Shown piece by piece: positions 57,849 through 64,000 of a DNA stretch of 64,000 nucleotides. Numbering within the stretch: position 1 is the stretch's first letter; each line of letters starts with the position of its first letter. The notes beneath the pieces are model-generated. The model was given only the letters and a program-made list of their open reading frames with translations. It had not been told where the DNA came from and did not search any database. The position numbers were made by a program, and so were the translations under genes. Source of the stretch: an uncultured Thermococci archaeon (GTDB lineage Archaea; CAYQAE01; CAYVLA01); contig CAZJVP010000020.1 of the NCBI GenBank assembly GCA_964549615.1, forward strand, positions 96,001-160,000, read 5' to 3'.

Positions 57849-58895
57849 ATGAAAGAGGAACGGACCTACGCTGAGGCCGGAGTGGACATAGAAGCCTCAA
57901 GGAAGGCAATATCCACGCTGGGGCAGTGGCTTGACAAGACTCTTTCCTTCAGGCCGGAGAACACGTTCCCCGAGGTTAAGGGGCACTATTCGGGCTTGTA
58001 CCGCCTCGGCGATGGCAGTGTTCTCTCGATGAGCACCGACAGCGTTGGCACCAAGATGATCGTCGCATCCATGATGAAGAAGTACGACACCGTGGGCATA
58101 GACCTCCTTGGCATGTTGGCAAATGACATCATCTCGGTTGGTTCAACGCCCGTCTGCATGGTCGACTATATCGCCGTTCAGAAGGCAGACGCCGACCTGC
58201 TTGCCGAGATCGGCAAAGGGATATACGAGGGCTGCAGGCAGACGCGGGTTGTGGTCGTCGGCGGTGAGACTGCCACGGTGCCCGACATCGTGAAGGTCCC
58301 CGATCTGGCAGGGGCGATCGTGGGGATCTCGCAAGAGGAAGAGCTCATCACCGGTTCGGAGATAGCGGACGGCGACGTCATCGTGGGGCTCGGGTCATCT
58401 GGCATGCACTCCAACGGTTACACGTTGGCCCGCAAAGCGTTTTTTGCCTGGAATGACTTCTCGGTCCACGATCCGCTTCCGACGGATCCGTCGGTGACGA
58501 TAGGGGAGGCGCTGATGGTGCCCACGAGGATCTACGTCGATGTAGTCCTAGACATCACAAGGAACCTCAGGCCTCATGGGCTCGCCCACATAACGGGCGG
58601 GGCCCTCACCAAGCTTCGTCGCCTGAAGAGGGGCATGGGGTATGTCGTCGACAACCCGTTTCCCTCGCAACCGGTGTTTGAGGCGGTGCGAAAGCTTGGC
58701 CGCGTGCCCTGGGCCGAGATGTACAGGACCTTCAACATGGGCATGGGGTTTGCCGTGATAGTCGATCCCGCGGACAGGGACCAGACGCTGGAGATCAGCC
58801 GGAAGCACGGGCTGGAGGCGAAAGCTGTGGGAACCGCAGTCCGCGACGCTGAGGAAAGGATCCTCGTGAAAGCCCAGCAGAAGCTCGTGCTCTAG
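57849..58895 (+). CDS. purM: Phosphoribosylformylglycinamidine cyclo-ligase (AIR synthetase)
   Basis: YAEAGVD, TDSVGTK, GGETA, SSGMHSNGYTLARK, AHITGG, TFNMGMG. Confidence 0.96.
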   Translation: MKEERTYAEAGVDIEASRKAISTLGQWLDKTLSFRPENTFPEVKGHYSGLYRLGDGSVLSMSTDSVGTKMIVASMMKKYDTVGIDLLGMLANDIISVGSTPVCMVDYIAVQKADADLLAEIGKGIYEGCRQTRVVVVGGETATVPDIVKVPDLAGAIVGISQEEELITGSEIADGDVIVGLGSSGMHSNGYTLARKAFFAWNDFSVHDPLPTDPSVTIGEALMVPTRIYVDVVLDITRNLRPHGLAHITGGALTKLRRLKRGMGYVVDNPFPSQPVFEAVRKLGRVPWAEMYRTFNMGMGFAVIVDPADRDQTLEISRKHGLEAKAVGTAVRDAEERILVKAQQKLVL

Positions 58896-60253
58896 CCCTT
58901 GTAACCCCAGGACCGTCGGGCCAACTCCACCACCCGGTCGACCTGTTCCCGGGCCGTGCCCAGATATGTGAGCGGGTCCATAGCGGCCTGGATTTCGCTG
59001 GGACTCATTAGCCTGGATATCTCTTCGTCCTTCTCAAGCGCCTCGGCGAAGTGCAAGCCCCCGGAGATCGCACTCATCGAGGCCCTCCTCACCATCGAAT
59101 GAGCTTCCTGTCTTCCAACTCCCTTGTCCACTAGGAGCAGCATCACCCTCTCCGCCATGATCAAGCCTTTCGTAATCCCCAAGTTCCTAGAGATATTGTC
59201 GAGATTGAACACCAATCCGCGGAGAACCTCAGAGGCCAGTCCCAGGATGTAGTAAAGGTACATCGTCGCCTCCGGGAGCACGACCCTCTCGCACGAGGAG
59301 TTTGTCAGGTCCCGCTCGTGCCAAAGCACGTTGCAGAGGAGCTCAGGTTCGACCAAGGCCCTCACCGTGCGCGCCAAGCCGCATATCCTCTCTGACCGCA
59401 CCGGGTTCCTCTTGGAGGGCATCGTGGAGCTGCCCACCTGTTTTTCCCCGAAGCCCTCCCTCAACTCATCTATCTCGGTGCGCTGAAGATTCCTCACCTC
59501 AGTGAAGATCTTCTCAAGCGTCGTGGCGATCTGCGCTAAGCAGAAGAGGTAGTCCGCATGTCGATCCCTCTGCAGAACCTGATTGGTCACAAGGGGTTCG
59601 CCGAGCCCAAGCTCCTTCATCACCAGACTCTGGATCTCAAGCGCCTTCGGACCAAAGCCGGCCTGGGTGCCGACCGCGCCCGTCATCTTCCCGACGCACA
59701 CCCTCTTCGAGGCCTCGTCCAGGCGCTCTATGTTGCGCTGCATCTCGCAGGCCCAAAGCGCGAACTTGAGCCCGAAGGTCGTTGGGAGTGCGTGCTGGCC
59801 ATGAGTCCTCCCTATGCACACGAGCTCTTTCCTGTCCCGCGCATGATCCAGGAGGACGTCTCGTACATCGACAGCTGCCCTGCGCAGCAGCTGGATCGAA
59901 TCCCTAAGCCGCATGGCAAGCGCAGTGTCGGTGATGTCGTTTGACGTGGCCCCGAGGTGGACGTAGCGGCCCGCGTCGCCCTCGCACACCTCGGTCAAGG
60001 CCATCACCATGGCCATGACGTCATGGCCTATCTCGCGCTCGATCTCCTTGACCCTCTGCAGCGCAACGTGCTTGGAGCTAGCCTTCCTGCAGATTTCTTC
60101 CGCGGCCAACTCCGGGATGTTGCCGAGCTTGGCGTGTGCACGCGCTAGTGCCGCCTCCACACGCAGTTCGCAGTCGAGTTTGTGTTCCTCTTCCCATATG
60201 GAGGCCATATCTGGCCGTGAGTATCTCCCCGAGTCGATCGCAGTCACTGCCAA
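58892..60253 (-). CDS. purB: Adenylosuccinate lyase
   Basis: HDV, VHLGATSND, GRTHGQHA, GSSTMPSKRNP, HERDLTNS. Confidence 0.96.
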   Translation of the reverse strand: MAVTAIDSGRYSRPDMASIWEEEHKLDCELRVEAALARAHAKLGNIPELAAEEICRKASSKHVALQRVKEIEREIGHDVMAMVMALTEVCEGDAGRYVHLGATSNDITDTALAMRLRDSIQLLRRAAVDVRDVLLDHARDRKELVCIGRTHGQHALPTTFGLKFALWACEMQRNIERLDEASKRVCVGKMTGAVGTQAGFGPKALEIQSLVMKELGLGEPLVTNQVLQRDRHADYLFCLAQIATTLEKIFTEVRNLQRTEIDELREGFGEKQVGSSTMPSKRNPVRSERICGLARTVRALVEPELLCNVLWHERDLTNSSCERVVLPEATMYLYYILGLASEVLRGLVFNLDNISRNLGITKGLIMAERVMLLLVDKGVGRQEAHSMVRRASMSAISGGLHFAEALEKDEEISRLMSPSEIQAAMDPLTYLGTAREQVDRVVELARRSWGYKG

Positions 60254-60330
60254 CCGTGGACACCTCTAGTGTGGCCTCGGCCTGAACAGATAAATCGATC
60301 GGGGAGTTGGGCGTCCGAGCCTAGATTGCC

Positions 60331-60567
60331 CTAGAGGAACATTGCCTCCTCGACTTTCCGAATCTCACTCGGCAGCTTCTCGGGCGGAGCCTCGGCCTCG
60401 TCGGACTCCTCATCAGAGTAGGCGGGCACCACGCCGATGTTGTGCTCCTCGAACTTCTTGACCAAGACCTCGAGCCTGCTCATCTTCTTCTCGAAGTTCC
60501 TGGCGTTTATTATCTTCCAGACGAACTCCTCAGAGAATACGACGGTCAACTTCCAAGCACCGGGCAC
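60331..60567 (-). CDS. Hypothetical small acidic protein
   Basis: 78-aa ORF with host-like codon usage and its own TATA-like ATATTTAAG upstream. Confidence 0.55.
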   Translation of the reverse strand: MPGAWKLTVVFSEEFVWKIINARNFEKKMSRLEVLVKKFEEHNIGVVPAYSDEESDEAEAPPEKLPSEIRKVEEAMFL

Positions 60568-60632
60568 GAGTAATTAGCCATCAGGCTCTTAAATATGACT
60601 CCTAAGGGAGGCTTGATCACCTTTCCGGCCCC

Positions 60633-61400
60633 CTAGGGCTCCGGCACTATGAAGTCGTCCCCGGCCTCATAGACCATTTGGATCCCGTTGTAGAGATCCT
60701 CGAACCCCTCCCCCTCCTTTGCTGAGACCTTCACGAGGTCGAAGGGGCCCTCGATCTCCATGAGCAGGGAGCAGAGCTGCAACGCGAGGGACTTCGCAGG
60801 ACCCGCCTCGTCTTGAAGGGCACGGTAGAGCGTGTCGGGTTCTGAACACCAGGTGTCTATAGTTTCCCTTTGCTCGTCGGAGAGCATGTCGTACTTGCTG
60901 AGTACCCGGATCAGCGGAAGTCCCAGCCTAAGTTCGGCGGTTGCGGATAGGAGCAGAACCGACGTGAAACTCGAAGGCGTCTGAGCTAAGTAAGGATCAA
61001 CGAGGAACGCGGCGATCGTCTCCTCCTTCCCGAATGCCTTCGCTATGTAGGTCCCGGATGCTCTGAAAACGAAGAGCTCGAGCTGCCCTGGTGTGTCGAC
61101 CATGAGGTAGTCGGGGTCGTATTCCTCTATCTCCTTGAGGATGTCCCCGAAATCCTCGGCGACGAGATCACAGGAGACTATGATCGCCCCGTTCGGGCCC
61201 AGGCCATACCTATCCATGACTTCGTCCAACCGCACGTACTCCCTCACGTCGATGTCCGGGACGTAGGGCAACCTCTCGGCGCCCGGGTCTAGATTTGCCG
61301 TCATCACATTGACGCCCCTTTCTAGGAACCAGCTCTTGGCCGCGCTGGCCATCGAAGACTTGCCGGAGCCCGCCGTGCCCAAGAAGAAGATAACCCTCAT
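60633..61400 (-). CDS. GPN-loop GTPase
   Basis: GTAGSGKS, NLDPG, LGPNG, DTPGQLE, SKYD, VSA; start trimmed to MRVIFF. Confidence 0.95.
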   Translation of the reverse strand: MRVIFFLGTAGSGKSSMASAAKSWFLERGVNVMTANLDPGAERLPYVPDIDVREYVRLDEVMDRYGLGPNGAIIVSCDLVAEDFGDILKEIEEYDPDYLMVDTPGQLELFVFRASGTYIAKAFGKEETIAAFLVDPYLAQTPSSFTSVLLLSATAELRLGLPLIRVLSKYDMLSDEQRETIDTWCSEPDTLYRALQDEAGPAKSLALQLCSLLMEIEGPFDLVKVSAKEGEGFEDLYNGIQMVYEAGDDFIVPEP

Positions 61401-61654
61401 TTCTTCATCATGCTTCAACAGGCGCGATTGCTCAAAAGTGTGATCGGAGAAGGCACCGGATTGCCCGGACGAGGGAGAACCGTTGCCACAACGTGGCTGT
61501 TGCTGACCGCGGCCCGATGCCTTCCCCGAGCAGGGGAAATCGCAATGACCGGCCTTATCTGCCACTTCTCCCCTGATGAAGATTCCCTCCATTCATCAAC
61601 TCACCGCAGGGGCGGCAAAAACCGATATAAGAAGCGGTGAGGTGCTAGCCGACG

Positions 61655-62194
61655 GTGCTGCTGCCTAGCCAGATATCGAAGATGCAGATCGACGAGGTCG
61701 TTGTGAACGTGAAAGCTAGCGTGCGCCAGATCGATCTCGTCGCGGCCAAGATCGGTCCGTTTGCGGCGGGCACTGAGGTCAAGATGGAAAGGTGGCAGGC
61801 CGAGGTCCTCAGCAAATGGGGAATAGTTGACAGGCCCACCGACTCGAGGACCCTCCTCCTGAAAGCATACACCCTTCGAGACAAAGAACAAGCGACGAGG
61901 TCTTTGGAAGAGATGGAAGACGTCTTCCAGATCATTCCCGAGATTGTGCAAAGCCTTCAGGCCGAGGGGCAGTTAGTCCAGAAGATCGGGGCAGTCAGGG
62001 CCCTTCATGAGGACCTTTTGACTTCGCGCACGAACAAGATCACCAGGATCGCAAGGATGGGCCAGGACCCGGCGGAGAAGCTCAGCCCCGAAGAATTATG
62101 GCTGTACCACTCTCTGAGCAGGATATTCAGCGTCTGGCGGACTGAGACCGAGCGGTTGTTGGACCCCGGGAGAGAAAAAGGCGACGCCCTATGA
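61655..62194 (+). CDS. GINS subunit, Gins23 (Psf2/Psf3-like)
   Basis: N-terminal beta domain GPF..G..V..ERWQAEVL followed by helical domain (RTNKI, LSPEE); 4-bp overlap with mcm. Confidence 0.8.
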   Translation: MLLPSQISKMQIDEVVVNVKASVRQIDLVAAKIGPFAAGTEVKMERWQAEVLSKWGIVDRPTDSRTLLLKAYTLRDKEQATRSLEEMEDVFQIIPEIVQSLQAEGQLVQKIGAVRALHEDLLTSRTNKITRIARMGQDPAEKLSPEELWLYHSLSRIFSVWRTETERLLDPGREKGDAL

Positions 62195-64000
62195 AGGAGA
62201 GGTTTCTGGAGTTCTTCAAGTCCGCAGAGAAGGATGGGCAGCTGGTCTATCGCCAAGCCATCCGCGAGATGCTCCTTGCGGACGAGATATCGCTTGAGAT
62301 CGACTTCGGACACCTGAGGGGCTTCGATCCTGACCTGGCCGAGGAGGTTATCCGGAACCCGAAGCAAGCGATCGAGGCGGCCTCCCTGGCGATCAATGAC
62401 CTTCTAAGGCTGGAGGGCGAGGAGCCTCTCGAAGAGGTCCACGCAAGGTTCAAGTCATTGCCCAAGCTAACCCAGATCCGCGCGATCAGAGCGAAGGACA
62501 TAGGAACCCTGCTCATGCTGGAGGGCGTCGTCACGCGTGTGACCGATGTCAAGCCAGAGCTGAGCGAGGCCATCTACAGGTGCGAGCGATGCGGGGAGAT
62601 GATCGGGGTCATGCAGACGAGCAACCGTATCAAGACACCCGCTCTGTGTGAGAACCGTTCCTGCGCATCGCGTGGGCCCTTCACGCTTGTCGGGGAGCAA
62701 TCCAAGTTCACGGACTGGCAGAGCGCGCGAATTCAGGAAAAGCCAGAGACGTTGAGGGGCGGAAGGATGCCCGTCTACATAAACGCAATCCTCCGCGAGG
62801 ATATGGTGGAGAAGGTTCAGCCGGGCAACCGCGTCACCCTCACCGGCATCCTAAAAGCCACCCAGCCAATCCAGAAGGGCAGGGTCAGCGGCACCGTGCT
62901 GGAGAAGCACATCGAAGTGAACTACATTGAATGTCAGGAAAGGGGAATAGAGGAGATCGAGATAACCAAGCAGGACATGGTGGAGATAGAGAAGCTGGCC
63001 AAGGATCCACTGATCTGCCAAAAGATCATGAGATCGATCGCCCCGTCCATCTGGGGCTACGATCCAATCAAGGAAGCAATCGCCCTACAGCTCTTCTCAG
63101 GGAAGTACAGGCTTCTGCCAGACGGCACGTGGCAGAGGGGAAACATCAACATCCTCCTCATAGGCGACCCTGGGGCTGGCAAGAGCGCCTTGCTCACATA
63201 CACGAGAAACTTGGCCCCCCGCGCCGTATACGCATCCGGCAGATCCAGCTCGGCCGCCGGACTCACCGCGGCAGTTCTCCGCGATGAGATGAGCCTGGGA
63301 TTCGTTCTGGAGGCAGGAGCACTCGTGCTTGCCGACGGCGGGATCGCGTGCCTTGATGAGTTCGAGAAGATGAATGAGCAGGACCGCGCGGCCATCCACG
63401 AGATCATGGAGCAAGGCACACTCTCGATAGCCAAGGCGGGCATAGTCGCCACCCTCAATGCAAGGACCTCCGTGCTTGCTGCAGCTAACCCGAAGTTCGG
63501 GCGGTTCGATCCATACAGGAGCCTTGCCGACCAGATCGACCTCCCCCCCACGATCCTATCGAGGTTCGACTTGATCTTTCCCATCAGGGACGTTCCCAAG
63601 GAAGACAAGGATCGGATGATAGCCCAGCACATCCTCAGGTTCAGATCCATGCCTGAAGAAGGGATGAAGCAGGAGATAGACCCGGATCTTCTCAGGAAGT
63701 ACGTGAGCTATGCGAGGAAGAACATCAACCCCACGATAGGGCCGGAGGCCGCCAAGCGAATGGAGGACTTCTACGCCGATATGAGACGGGGAGGGGCCGA
63801 GGGTGCCAACCCGGTCCCCGTAACGCCCCGCCAGCTCGAATCCATCGTGCGCCTATCCGAGGCCAGGGCAAGGATGAGGCTCTCCACTGAAGTTTCGATC
63901 GAAGACGTCGACCACGCCATAGGTCTGATGGAGTACTGTCTACGGAATGTGGGGATCGACCCGGAGACGGGCAAGATGGACATCGACAAGATGCTGACGG
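62191..64000 (+). CDS. mcm: Replicative helicase MCM, 3' truncated by the window edge
   Basis: Translated by hand from ATG 62191: Zn finger CERC..CENRSC, Walker A GDPGAGKS, SSAAGLTA, Walker B CLDEFEKM, AANPKFGRF, SRFD, RQLES. Confidence 0.97.
   Translation, partial: MKERFLEFFKSAEKDGQLVYRQAIREMLLADEISLEIDFGHLRGFDPDLAEEVIRNPKQAIEAASLAINDLLRLEGEEPLEEVHARFKSLPKLTQIRAIRAKDIGTLLMLEGVVTRVTDVKPELSEAIYRCERCGEMIGVMQTSNRIKTPALCENRSCASRGPFTLVGEQSKFTDWQSARIQEKPETLRGGRMPVYINAILREDMVEKVQPGNRVTLTGILKATQPIQKGRVSGTVLEKHIEVNYIECQERGIEEIEITKQDMVEIEKLAKDPLICQKIMRSIAPSIWGYDPIKEAIALQLFSGKYRLLPDGTWQRGNINILLIGDPGAGKSALLTYTRNLAPRAVYASGRSSSAAGLTAAVLRDEMSLGFVLEAGALVLADGGIACLDEFEKMNEQDRAAIHEIMEQGTLSIAKAGIVATLNARTSVLAAANPKFGRFDPYRSLADQIDLPPTILSRFDLIFPIRDVPKEDKDRMIAQHILRFRSMPEEGMKQEIDPDLLRKYVSYARKNINPTIGPEAAKRMEDFYADMRRGGAEGANPVPVTPRQLESIVRLSEARARMRLSTEVSIEDVDHAIGLMEYCLRNVGIDPETGKMDIDKMLT

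Noticed and set aside
61401-61654. Possible replication origin or C/D-box sRNA upstream of gins23-mcm
   Set aside because: No ORB-like repeats, AT-rich unwinding element or cdc6; the TGATGA boxes lack properly spaced CTGA partners.
62191-64000. Possible intein in MCM
   Set aside because: Walker A, Walker B and arginine-finger regions are contiguous with normal spacing.

Overview
GC-rich, gene-dense archaeal chromosome segment. Gins23-MCM beside a GPN-loop GTPase, aIF5A with deoxyhypusine synthase, Dph6, Nob1 and a tRNA-Val(CAC) with a non-canonical D-loop BHB intron suggest a TACK-type lineage (inference). The left ~30 kb is mostly accessory: carbohydrate catabolism (ThuA, two Gfo/Idh/MocA oxidoreductases, sugar isomerase, aldolase, glycosidase-like proteins), transporters, a class I (bacterial-type) GAPDH, a stand-alone AEP primase-like gene and a HerA/DUF87 ATPase. 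It also carries three copies (one frameshifted) of an unrecognised exported GATase-fold protein family that shares a conserved C-terminal EW..V(S/T)GT...LMVRRK membrane anchor, the best candidate here for an undescribed system. The right ~30 kb is mostly housekeeping, with CDIN1-like and EMC6-like homologues. I saw no CRISPR array, transposase, integrase or intein. All family assignments come from motif recognition by eye, not database searches.
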